DNA of 32,000 nucleotides from Methanococcus maripaludis (GTDB lineage Archaea > AGJL01 > Methanococci > Methanococcales > Methanococcaceae): positions 540,001 to 572,000 of the forward strand of contig NZ_CP026606.1 in the NCBI RefSeq assembly GCF_002945325.1, written 5' to 3'. Under the pieces are notes generated by a model that saw only the letters and a program-made list of their open reading frames with translations, did not search any database and had not been told where the DNA came from. The position numbers and the translations under genes are program-made. Positions 8,728-17,251 of this stretch are shown piece after piece. Each line of letters starts with the position of its first letter. Position 1 is the first letter of the stretch.

Positions 8728-9291
8728 TTAATTTTCTTCACTTAGTGTTTCGTTTTCATCTTCGAGCCATTCAAGTCTTCCAAGACCGTTCTGTCTCATT
8801 GTTAAAGCAATTTTACTGCCTCTTTTCTTCTCTTCTCTTAAACTTACTGCAACAATTCTAGCTCTTACTTTGTCGCCTTTTTCTAAAACTTTGCCTGTTT
8901 CTTTTCCAACGATTGCTTCTCTTTTTGGGTCAAAGCTTACGAAGTCATCCATAATTTGTGAAATGTGGATTAAACCGTCAAGAGGGCCAAGTCTTACAAA
9001 AGCACCGAACTCAACAACATCAACGATTTCTCCGTCAACTACTTCCTGGAGTTCTGGAACGTAAGTAAGCACATTAAATTCTGTTTCGTGGTATGCTGCA
9101 CCGTCTCCGTAAATTATGCTTCCGTCACTTACGTTATCCACATCAACGATTGAAAGGATAAATCCGATGTCCTTATCAAGAATTCCTTCGTATTTTTCCA
9201 TTAAAACCCTTTTTACGTTTTCGCTTAACGGGTTCCCAAACATTTTAGGAGGAATTCTCACGGTATCAGAAATTTTTAAAATTTTGTACAA
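8728..9291 (-). CDS. rpoE: DNA-directed RNA polymerase subunit E' (Rpo7)
   Basis: Rpb7-like N-terminal domain followed by an S1 domain (GEIVDVVEFGAFVRLGP.DGLIHISQ). TTG start is preceded by GAGGTGGT. Confidence 0.9.
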   Translation of the reverse strand: MYKILKISDTVRIPPKMFGNPLSENVKRVLMEKYEGILDKDIGFILSIVDVDNVSDGSIIYGDGAAYHETEFNVLTYVPELQEVVDGEIVDVVEFGAFVRLGPLDGLIHISQIMDDFVSFDPKREAIVGKETGKVLEKGDKVRARIVAVSLREEKKRGSKIALTMRQNGLGRLEWLEDENETLSEEN

Positions 9292-9446
9292 ATAACCACC
9301 TCAGTAGCAGATTAAACTTTTAAAACAGTTGAGATAACGAAATATTTTAAAATAATAAAACAGTTTCACTATATATATTCTCGTTTTTGGTATATAAATT
9401 CTACGCACGAGTTTTATAATTCTTAAAATCGGATAAAAATTAAAAA

Positions 9447-10361
9447 TTATTTCTGAGCAATTCCGATGATATCTGACATTTTTAAATCTTTTTTCAGGAG
9501 GTATTCTTCAATTTCGTTATTTATCTTTTGGAATATATCGTATCCTCGGTAATAAACTCCAGTTCCAACCTGAACTGCTGATGCTCCTGCCATCATAAAT
9601 TCTATTGCGTCAGCACCTGTAGTAATTCCACCAACACCAATTACTGGCACATCCACTGCTGAACATATATCATAAACGTTTTTTACTGCAATTGGTTTTA
9701 TTGCTTTTCCACTCATTCCGCCAACTTTATTCCCCAGAATTGGAACACCTGACTCGATATCAATTACCATTCCAGGACCAAGCGTGTTTATTGCAACAAT
9801 TCCATCAGCTCCAGCATTTACAACTGCGCTTGCAATTTCTTTTATATCAGTTACATTTGGAGTTAATTTTGCAATAACTGGGATATCTGAAACGTCTTTT
9901 ACTGCCGATACCACATTTTTACAAAGGCAGGGATCCTGACCGATTGATGAACCATATCCTCCACCTGCATGAGGGCATGAAATGTTTAATTCCAAAACAT
10001 CCACATGTGTTGCAATTACTTCAGCAGCTTTTTGAAATTCAGAATCGTTTTTACCGTAAATTGAACCGATAATTTTAACATTCATTCTTTTCATTTCATC
10101 TTTTATTCGTTCAATTTCTCCAGCATATTCATCTGCACCAGGATTTGGAAGTCCCATCGCATTTAAAAAGCCACCTTCAACTTCAACCATTGTTGGATTG
10201 TTGTGACCGGGCTTTTTTTCAATTCCAACAGATTTGGTACATACTGCGCCTGCACCGTTTTTTGCCATCCTTTTTAGGGCACTTCCAGTTTCCCCCATGA
10301 CGCCTGCTGCAAGAAATACTGGATTTTTAAATTCAATATCCCAAAGTTTAGTTTTTAGCAT
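9447..10361 (-). CDS. pyrD: Dihydroorotate dehydrogenase, class 1B catalytic subunit
   Basis: Full-length match to the PyrD pattern (NPV.LAAG, GA..TKS, LNISCPH, GG.SG.AIKP, GVGGI). Confidence 0.9.
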   Translation of the reverse strand: MLKTKLWDIEFKNPVFLAAGVMGETGSALKRMAKNGAGAVCTKSVGIEKKPGHNNPTMVEVEGGFLNAMGLPNPGADEYAGEIERIKDEMKRMNVKIIGSIYGKNDSEFQKAAEVIATHVDVLELNISCPHAGGGYGSSIGQDPCLCKNVVSAVKDVSDIPVIAKLTPNVTDIKEIASAVVNAGADGIVAINTLGPGMVIDIESGVPILGNKVGGMSGKAIKPIAVKNVYDICSAVDVPVIGVGGITTGADAIEFMMAGASAVQVGTGVYYRGYDIFQKINNEIEEYLLKKDLKMSDIIGIAQK

Positions 10362-10445
10362 CTGAAATCTCCCGATATTTTTGAATATATTTTATAATAA
10401 GACATATAAAAAACTAAAGAATCAGATAATTATGTTTATAAATCG

Positions 10446-11246
10446 GTGGAAATTATGGAAAATTTAATTGAAAATCTTATTATTGAATTTGTAAAAAATT
10501 ACTCAAAAGAACACGACACGAAAACTAAGTGGCTGACCCCAATTGTAGGATTTGCGGATTCCAATGATCCTGAATTTTTAGAATTAAAGCAAGTCATTTC
10601 AGAAAAACATTTAACTCCAAAAGAAGTTTTAAGCAACTCAAAAAGTGTAATATGCTACTTTTTGCCTTTCGAAAAAGAAATTAATCTTGGAAATGTACAC
10701 CCGGGACTTGCGTCTGAAGATTGGGCCATTTCTTACGTTGAAACGAACAATATGATAGAAAAATTAAACGATTATCTCTCTGAAAAATTAGGTGAGATGA
10801 ACCATACTTGCTCAAAAATTCCACCAACACACAATTTTGACAAAGAAAAACTGATAAGCTACTGGTCACACAGGCACGTTGCAAAAATTGCAGGGTTAGG
10901 TACCTTTGGAATAAACAATATGTTAATTACTGAAAAGGGATGTAACGGCAGATTTGGAAGTTTAATTACATCTGCAAAATTAAAACCTAGTGAAAAACCA
11001 GATTATGAATACTGTTTGTATAAGTATAATGGTTCTTGCAAACTTTGCATTGAAAAATGTGAAAAAGAAGCGTTAAAAATAAACGAATTTAATCGAAAGG
11101 AATGTTATAACGTATGTTTAGCAAATCAAAAAGTTTATGAAAAATATGGAGTTGCAGACGTTTGTGCAAAATGTTTGTGCAATGTTCCATGTTCGTTTAT
11201 AAATCCTGCAAAAAAATTAAATGATAAATTAAAAAATAGAAAATAA
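10446..11246 (+). CDS. Fe-S protein of the epoxyqueuosine-reductase / reductive-dehalogenase-like family
   Basis: WSHRHVAKIAGLGTFGINNMLITEKGCNGRFGSLIT resembles the QueG-like core. A C-terminal Cys cluster (CKLCIEKC...) is present. The real start may be ATG 10455. Confidence 0.5.
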   Translation: MEIMENLIENLIIEFVKNYSKEHDTKTKWLTPIVGFADSNDPEFLELKQVISEKHLTPKEVLSNSKSVICYFLPFEKEINLGNVHPGLASEDWAISYVETNNMIEKLNDYLSEKLGEMNHTCSKIPPTHNFDKEKLISYWSHRHVAKIAGLGTFGINNMLITEKGCNGRFGSLITSAKLKPSEKPDYEYCLYKYNGSCKLCIEKCEKEALKINEFNRKECYNVCLANQKVYEKYGVADVCAKCLCNVPCSFINPAKKLNDKLKNRK

Positions 11247-11249
11247 AAG

Positions 11250-12353
11250 TTAAAACATTGTTTTATTTTCCCTTAAACAGATTTCTGCTTCATTTAATAT
11301 TTTTGAAATATCTTTTTCGGAATTATATTTTTTAAGAATAACTTCTGAAAGATTCCCGTTTTGAATCCTGTTTTGAATATGGATTAAATAAGCTTTTTCT
11401 TCATTAGTTGCAACGGAAAATGCTTTTTTATAGAGGGATTCTAATTCTGCTTTTAATTTCTTTGTTCCTGATTTTATTGCAATATTTGTTAATTCAATTA
11501 TTGTTTCATCGTCTTCTGCTACTTTTAAATCATTAATTCTTAAAAGACAGTTTATAAATGCTGAAAAAGCCATATCTGCATAAATGGATTCCTGTTCATC
11601 CATTATTTTTATTTCAACACATTTTCTTTCACGCCTTATAATTAAAGCCCTTGAATTTACCCATTCTTCACATAAAACTTCTGCATCTTTTTTTCTAAGT
11701 TCTACGTACATTTTTTCAAGGAGTTTTTCATAATCAGAAGATTTTTCAAGTTTTTCAGGTATTAAATTTCCGCAGATTTCGGGAATTTCTTTCTGGTTTT
11801 GTTTGTAATACAAAAGCCGGTTGTCCATATATCCTGTAACTTTTCCTTCGACTATCGGGGAGGATGCAGTTACTGCTACAAGGTAGGGTAAAATCGTTCG
11901 AAGCTTGTTGTGCTTTCTAACGAGGTCATCTTCGGTTGAATATTCTATATTTACCTGTAAGGCCTGAATATTCATCCAACCGTGCTGTCTTAAGTTAAAT
12001 ACTCTATCGTATGTATCGAAAACTTCCCTTTCATCGTGGTTCCAAAATGAAGTTTCTGATAAATTTAAAATAGGGTTCATTCCAAGCCCTATCAATTTGT
12101 ATTTATTATTGGTCTTTTCGTAAAAACTTTTTAAACCCTTAAAAATCTGATTTTCAAGATTTGAAATACTTTCTGAAGGACTAATTGGTTTAAATTCTAT
12201 TACGTGTTTTTGTAATTCCTTTGAAATGCCGACAGTTCCAAAAGAAAATTCATTCTGTATTTTTCCAGAAATTTCTTCAATTATTAAATCGGAAACTGGC
12301 ATTGCTTTTAAATCGGGATTGTTGATGGAATATTCGTGTTCAGTTCCTATCAT
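11250..12353 (-). CDS. GCS2-family carboxylate-amine ligase (glutamate-cysteine-ligase-like)
   Basis: The N-terminal GTEHEY motif and overall length match the GCS2/YbdK-type fold. A 14-bp overlap with the upstream ATP-grasp gene is present. Confidence 0.65.
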   Translation of the reverse strand: MIGTEHEYSINNPDLKAMPVSDLIIEEISGKIQNEFSFGTVGISKELQKHVIEFKPISPSESISNLENQIFKGLKSFYEKTNNKYKLIGLGMNPILNLSETSFWNHDEREVFDTYDRVFNLRQHGWMNIQALQVNIEYSTEDDLVRKHNKLRTILPYLVAVTASSPIVEGKVTGYMDNRLLYYKQNQKEIPEICGNLIPEKLEKSSDYEKLLEKMYVELRKKDAEVLCEEWVNSRALIIRRERKCVEIKIMDEQESIYADMAFSAFINCLLRINDLKVAEDDETIIELTNIAIKSGTKKLKAELESLYKKAFSVATNEEKAYLIHIQNRIQNGNLSEVILKKYNSEKDISKILNEAEICLRENKTMF

Positions 12354-13290
12354 TTGCTACACCATCTGGATCGATTACTTCTGAAAACTTCATTTTTCCG
12401 TCTGAAAATTTCTGCCTCGAATCATTCATAATATACGATACAATTTTAGAATACGCTTCAGGGTAAAATTCATCTTCTGTTGTTTCAAGAGATGGGTTAT
12501 CATTTACCTCAATTACATAAACGTTTCCAGCATTTTCTTTTAAATCAACACCGTAAAGACCAGTTCCAACTGCATTTGCAGCTTTTAAAGCTGTTGTTAT
12601 AACCTCGTTTGGAACTTCATCGAACATTACACTTTCAACGGTACAGTATACCCTGTGCCCGTCTACGCAGTCATGTATTTTGAAGGTCTCTTTTGGAATC
12701 AAGTATTTGCAGGCATAAATTACTTCGCCATTTAAAATTCCAACTCTCCAGTCAAATCGGGTTTCTACAAATTCTTGTGCAACCAATACATCTGAAAGCC
12801 TCAAAAATCTAGAAGCTACTTTTGAAAATTCTTCTAAAGTGTTTACTTTTTCAACCCGCATTGAAAAGGAAGTCGATGGCTCTTTTAAAATTAAAGGCAG
12901 TCCAATTTCTTCAACAATTCCTTTTAAATTTTCAGGTTTATTCTCAGATTTTCTTAAAAATTTAGTTTTTGGAAGAGTTACGTTATTTTTTATCATGTGC
13001 AGATACATGTTTATCTTGTCGGCACATATTTGAATGGATTTTGAATCATCTATCACTTTTACGCCGTTTAATTCTGCGATTCTGGATGCCACGTAGCTTA
13101 TATTCATTGGGTCAGTTTTGGATCGTATAAAAAGGCCGTCCAGTGTTTTTATTTTGTGTATTTCGTTTGGGAATAAAAAATAAAATTCATGGCCCATTGA
13201 TTCTGCAATATCTCGGAATCTGATTAAAGATTGGAGTTGATTTGAACTACTAAGGGTTTGTCTATCAACAAACACTCCAAATTTTCCCAT
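12340..13290 (-). CDS. RimK / glutathione-synthetase-like ATP-grasp ligase
   Basis: Shows ATP-grasp hallmarks (ADK....L, LILKEP..S.S..V.KV, VAQEF, GVDL......YVIEVNDNP). Confidence 0.75.
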   Translation of the reverse strand: MGKFGVFVDRQTLSSSNQLQSLIRFRDIAESMGHEFYFLFPNEIHKIKTLDGLFIRSKTDPMNISYVASRIAELNGVKVIDDSKSIQICADKINMYLHMIKNNVTLPKTKFLRKSENKPENLKGIVEEIGLPLILKEPSTSFSMRVEKVNTLEEFSKVASRFLRLSDVLVAQEFVETRFDWRVGILNGEVIYACKYLIPKETFKIHDCVDGHRVYCTVESVMFDEVPNEVITTALKAANAVGTGLYGVDLKENAGNVYVIEVNDNPSLETTEDEFYPEAYSKIVSYIMNDSRQKFSDGKMKFSEVIDPDGVANDRN

Positions 13291-13905
13291 TTAATCCACC
13301 AACAAGGTCTTTTCGATCATTGATTTTTCTTCTTTTGAAAGTTTTGATACATTTACCGGGGATATCGACGAAAGGAATATTTTATCGTCAATAATTACAA
13401 ATAACGCATTAATTAGCGGTATTTTAAAAGTTTGATAGATTTTATTTGCTATTTGTTTTATATTTTCATTTTCCGTGCATACCTCCCCAAAAAATATTGA
13501 AAAATTAGCTATTTCAAAATTTTCGGGAACTTTTTGGTAGCATAACGGATATTTTCCACAATTTGTTACGTGTTTTGATATCTTTCTTGATTCTTCTCGA
13601 TTTTTAACGATATAATATGTTGAAGGATCTGAAAAATAATTTACTGAATAAACGATTGAAGGATTTGGAACGTCGCCTGAAGATATTTCCCATTGTAAAA
13701 TAGGAATTCCTGCAAGTTCTGCCCGTGTAAGTGCTACTGGAACAATATATGCATCCAGTACATCGTTACTACTTGGAAAAACCTTATTTTTTCCAGATAT
13801 CTCTTTTGATATCAGTTTGTAATAACTTTCAGTTTTGTAAAAATAATCTTTGCTTATAACACAGTCTATTCCGTCTTTTATTGTTGTATGAGACATTTTA
13901 TTCAA
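13291..13905 (-). CDS. Hypothetical protein, first gene of the ligase operon
   Basis: 204-aa ORF. Its stop directly abuts the ATG of the ATP-grasp gene (TAA 13291-13293, ATG 13288-13290). I recognise no family. The start may be ATG 13896 rather than TTG 13905. Confidence 0.45.
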   Translation of the reverse strand: MNKMSHTTIKDGIDCVISKDYFYKTESYYKLISKEISGKNKVFPSSNDVLDAYIVPVALTRAELAGIPILQWEISSGDVPNPSIVYSVNYFSDPSTYYIVKNREESRKISKHVTNCGKYPLCYQKVPENFEIANFSIFFGEVCTENENIKQIANKIYQTFKIPLINALFVIIDDKIFLSSISPVNVSKLSKEEKSMIEKTLLVD

Positions 13906-14162
13906 AAAAAACCCTTTTTTTGGAATAAACTCACCTTCATTGCTGTTTTAAAGGCCCGACACTCCCCCACAATATAATCGAAGTATCATGATTCCTACAA
14001 CATTAGAATATATAAATTTATGTAATTTGAAAAATCGATTTAAAACAGTTTTTTTGTAAATTAACGGCCTAAAAACGTTAAAATCATGTGAATGTATATT
14101 AACCCTTTTGAAAATAGAATATATTGAGGCCGAAAAAGCCATGCATAAATCGAGGGGGTATT

Positions 14163-14411
14163 ATGGAAGGTGAACATCATATTGAAAAAAGACCCAGTAT
14201 TGTCTCACGAACCCACTCAAGAAAAGATGCGTTAGATTGGGTATCTATTGTTTTGGTAATAATTGGGGGACTTAACTGGGGGCTTGTCGGAGCTTTTAAT
14301 ATAGACCTTATTCAGGTAGTATTTGGAAGTTTTCCGTCAGTTGCAAGAATTCTATATATTCTTGTTGGACTATCTGCAATATACATGATTTACTATGCTT
14401 CAAAAACCTAA
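14163..14411 (+). CDS. DUF378 family small membrane protein
   Basis: IIGGLNWGLVGAFNIDLI...ILYILVGLSAIY is the DUF378 signature. ATG 14163 sits behind GAGGGGG, so the upstream extension from 14124 is unlikely. Confidence 0.75.
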   Translation: MEGEHHIEKRPSIVSRTHSRKDALDWVSIVLVIIGGLNWGLVGAFNIDLIQVVFGSFPSVARILYILVGLSAIYMIYYASKT

Positions 14412-14449
14412 AAAAAATATTAAAATAATTTATTTTTAATTTTTAAGAG

Positions 14450-14944
14450 TTAATCTTCTTTTGAACGGTACATTGTAGTTAACCATTCTTTTACATAATT
14501 TTCAGTTTCTGCCTTGTGGTTTAAAACATCTAAAAATACGGTTCCACCAATAAGTTCATTATCAACAAGCTCTTTTTTCATGTTTTCAAGCGTACTTCCA
14601 ATGGTCTTTCCCGCAGTACAGAATACCGCAACTTTTTTTCCAGCGAATTTGTATTTTGAAAAAAAGGTCTTTAAAGGAGCGGCCATATTTCCAGCCCATA
14701 CGGGAGTTCCAATAAATATTGTGTCGTATTCGTCCAGATTTAAGGATATTTCTTTTATTTCAGGCATTTTTTTAAACATTAAAAATCTGCCAAGTTCTAA
14801 AAACATTGATAATCCTTTTTTTGGAATTTCTGTTACAGTTTCAATTTTTAACAAATCTGCCCCGGTGTTTTCTGAAATAAGATTTGCTACATACTCAGTA
14901 TTTTCAAAAAGTGAGTAGTATATCACAAGTTTTTTTTCATCCAT
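14450..14944 (-). CDS. Flavodoxin-like protein
   Basis: 164 aa. LVIYYS...T and IFIGTPVWAGNMAAP match flavodoxin-fold FMN-binding motifs. Confidence 0.75.
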   Translation of the reverse strand: MDEKKLVIYYSLFENTEYVANLISENTGADLLKIETVTEIPKKGLSMFLELGRFLMFKKMPEIKEISLNLDEYDTIFIGTPVWAGNMAAPLKTFFSKYKFAGKKVAVFCTAGKTIGSTLENMKKELVDNELIGGTVFLDVLNHKAETENYVKEWLTTMYRSKED

Positions 14945-14962
14945 ATATTTCCCCTCGTTTAA

Positions 14963-15736
14963 TTAGTTAATTTTAAATAAATCTGCTGCATTATTATGTG
15001 AAACTGCAGTTATTACCTTTTCATCAAATCCTGCCATTTTTAATTTTAAAACAGTTTTTGGAACTCCAAGTATATCTGATGGTGCCGAAGAACTATCACT
15101 ATTTAATAAAAATCTCTTTTCACAGTACTCCCCAAGTATTTCAACTGCATCATTTGGAGTTAATTTTTGAGGCTGAACAGTAATTCCAAGTTTATAATCA
15201 TTTTCCCAGATTATTGGCACAGTTTCTTTTGTAACGTGTTCTATTATTATTTTTTTCTTAAAATCGATTGGTAAATCCATAGTATCGAGAACTTCAATAA
15301 TATTTTTTGTTACAGCTTCTTTGTTAGTTCTTGGAGTGTGAACTACTGCTGGAAGGTTCATTTCTCTTGCAATGGTTATTTGGTTTTCAAAAACTTCAAT
15401 TTCTTCTTTACTGCATTTTTCAAGCCCGATTTCCCCAACACCAACGACATTTTCTTTTTTCAAATATTCTTTCAAAACATCGTAATCGATTTTTGGAGGA
15501 ATTGCTCTTGGGTGAATTCCAATACATGCTTTCATTTTTAAACCGTTTTTTCGCGCTTTTGCTATTTCATTGCCCAATATTTTGTCGAAATAGTCAAGCG
15601 CAACATCAAACGATCTCATTTTTAAAGGATCGTGTGCATGCGTTATAACGCAGTCAAAAACAGTTGCCATCAATTCAAAATCTTCGTAAGGTCTTGTATC
15701 GGCGTGTACGTGGGAATCAATCATTAAATCACCCAT
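14963..15736 (-). CDS. TatD-related metal-dependent hydrolase (amidohydrolase superfamily)
   Basis: The N-terminal IDSHVH metal-binding motif, the later HP and EIGL motifs, and a VHTP-type motif are present. The start is probably ATG 15724. Confidence 0.7.
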   Translation of the reverse strand: MGDLMIDSHVHADTRPYEDFELMATVFDCVITHAHDPLKMRSFDVALDYFDKILGNEIAKARKNGLKMKACIGIHPRAIPPKIDYDVLKEYLKKENVVGVGEIGLEKCSKEEIEVFENQITIAREMNLPAVVHTPRTNKEAVTKNIIEVLDTMDLPIDFKKKIIIEHVTKETVPIIWENDYKLGITVQPQKLTPNDAVEILGEYCEKRFLLNSDSSSAPSDILGVPKTVLKLKMAGFDEKVITAVSHNNAADLFKIN

Positions 15737-15841
15737 TTGATAGTTATTAATTTTAAATTTAAAACAAAGTATAATTTTTAAGCCTGAATTATCTACAACA
15801 ATAATTTTAATACATTTCTATTCTAATTTTGTTTTTACCCC

Positions 15842-15849
15842 TTTATATA
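15842..15849 (+). promoter_or_regulatory. Candidate archaeal TATA box (TTTATATA) for the beta-CASP nuclease gene
   Basis: A consensus-like TTTATATA lies about 46 bp upstream of ATG 15895. GAGAGGCGG lies between them as an SD. Confidence 0.4.
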
Positions 15850-15894
15850 CCTTATAAAACATAATTGACAGTATTCATTTTGAGAGGCGGTAGA

Positions 15895-17196
15895 ATGGAA
15901 CTTTGTTTTAGAGGCGGTGCTTGTGAAGTTGGAAGAAGTTGCGTAGAACTCAAAACCGAAAAAAGTACAGTTTTATTTGACTGCGGGGTAAAATTATCCC
16001 CTGAAGAATCAGAATACCCGATTTTAGATAATTTAAATGCAGACTGTGTCTTTGCGTCACACGCTCACCTCGACCACACTGGCGGAATCCCCTTACTTAT
16101 CCGAAAAGGTATGGTTCCTGCAATTTATGCTACAGAAGTTACAAAAGCAATATCTAAGGAATTATTAAGAGATTCCATTAAAATTGCAGGTGCAGAAGGG
16201 CAGGATATCCCCTATGATAAAGCAGATGTTAATAAATCATTAAATCTGTTTAGAAAAGCTAGATACAATCATCCAAAAGATTTCAAAGATTTTGAATTTG
16301 AATTTTTTAATGCAGGGCACATTCCTGGAAGTTCAACAATATCCTTAAATTACGGCGGAAAACGAGTAGTTTATACAGGAGACACCAAAGTAAGCGATAC
16401 AGACCTTGTAAAAGGAGCGGACCTGTCATACACAAAAGAAGATATCGCTTGTTTGATTGTTGAATCAACATATGGTGATAAAAATCAGGAAAATAGGGCG
16501 GATGCAGAAAAAAATTTTATAAACAAAATAAAAGAAACTCTTGAAAGAGGTGGAATTCCACTAGTTCCTGTATTTGCGGTCGATAGAAGTCAAGAAATAT
16601 TAATGATATTAAATAAACATGATTTTGGAGTTCCAGTATACTTTGACGGCCTTGGAAGGAAAATTACAAGAATAATGCTGCAGTACCCTAAATTTTTGAA
16701 TCACCCCGACGATTTGAAAGCTGCCTTTTTAAATGTAATAGAAGTTGAATCAAAAGACAGGCCAAAAATAATAAAAGAAATTAAACAAAACGGTGGAATA
16801 ATTGTAAGTACGGCAGGAATGCTTGAAGGAGGGCCGATAATTCCATACATACACGAATTTATGGAAGATCCAAAAAATTCATTAATATTCACAGGATATC
16901 AGGTTGAAGAAACTGCTGGAAGAAAGTTGCTTGAAACCGGAAAAATTGAAATTGGCGAATTTGATATTGAGCCAAAATTAGAAATTGCTTCATACCAATT
17001 TTCTGCACATGGTGAAATGGACGAATTAAGGGAAATTGTAAAAAAAGCAAACCCTGAAGTACTCGTAATCCAACACGGTGAAGAAGAAGTTGTAAATGTA
17101 TTTAAAGATTGGGCCGTTTTAGAAGGGTTCAATGAAAATAGAGTATTTACTCCAAAAATAGGAGATAAAATAAATTTAACTGAATTTTTAAAATAA
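15895..17196 (+). CDS. Metallo-beta-lactamase / beta-CASP family ribonuclease (archaeal RNase J / aCPSF-like)
   Basis: HAHLDHTGG motif, later MBL motifs (GH.PGS, TGD) and a beta-CASP-type C-terminus (SAHG...H.HGE). The TTG 15865 extension lies upstream of the SD and is unlikely. Confidence 0.8.
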   Translation: MELCFRGGACEVGRSCVELKTEKSTVLFDCGVKLSPEESEYPILDNLNADCVFASHAHLDHTGGIPLLIRKGMVPAIYATEVTKAISKELLRDSIKIAGAEGQDIPYDKADVNKSLNLFRKARYNHPKDFKDFEFEFFNAGHIPGSSTISLNYGGKRVVYTGDTKVSDTDLVKGADLSYTKEDIACLIVESTYGDKNQENRADAEKNFINKIKETLERGGIPLVPVFAVDRSQEILMILNKHDFGVPVYFDGLGRKITRIMLQYPKFLNHPDDLKAAFLNVIEVESKDRPKIIKEIKQNGGIIVSTAGMLEGGPIIPYIHEFMEDPKNSLIFTGYQVEETAGRKLLETGKIEIGEFDIEPKLEIASYQFSAHGEMDELREIVKKANPEVLVIQHGEEEVVNVFKDWAVLEGFNENRVFTPKIGDKINLTEFLK

Positions 17197-17251
17197 TCAT
17201 ACTATTTTTTAAATTTTTAAAAAGAAAAAAGAAAATATTTTTTTAATTAAG

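Noticed and set aside
13948-14142. A 64-aa minus-strand ORF in the 13906-14162 intergenic region.
   Set aside because: It has no SD and a low-complexity, hydrophobic, odd composition. It overlaps the SD and start region of the DUF378 gene. It is probably a chance ORF in promoter DNA.
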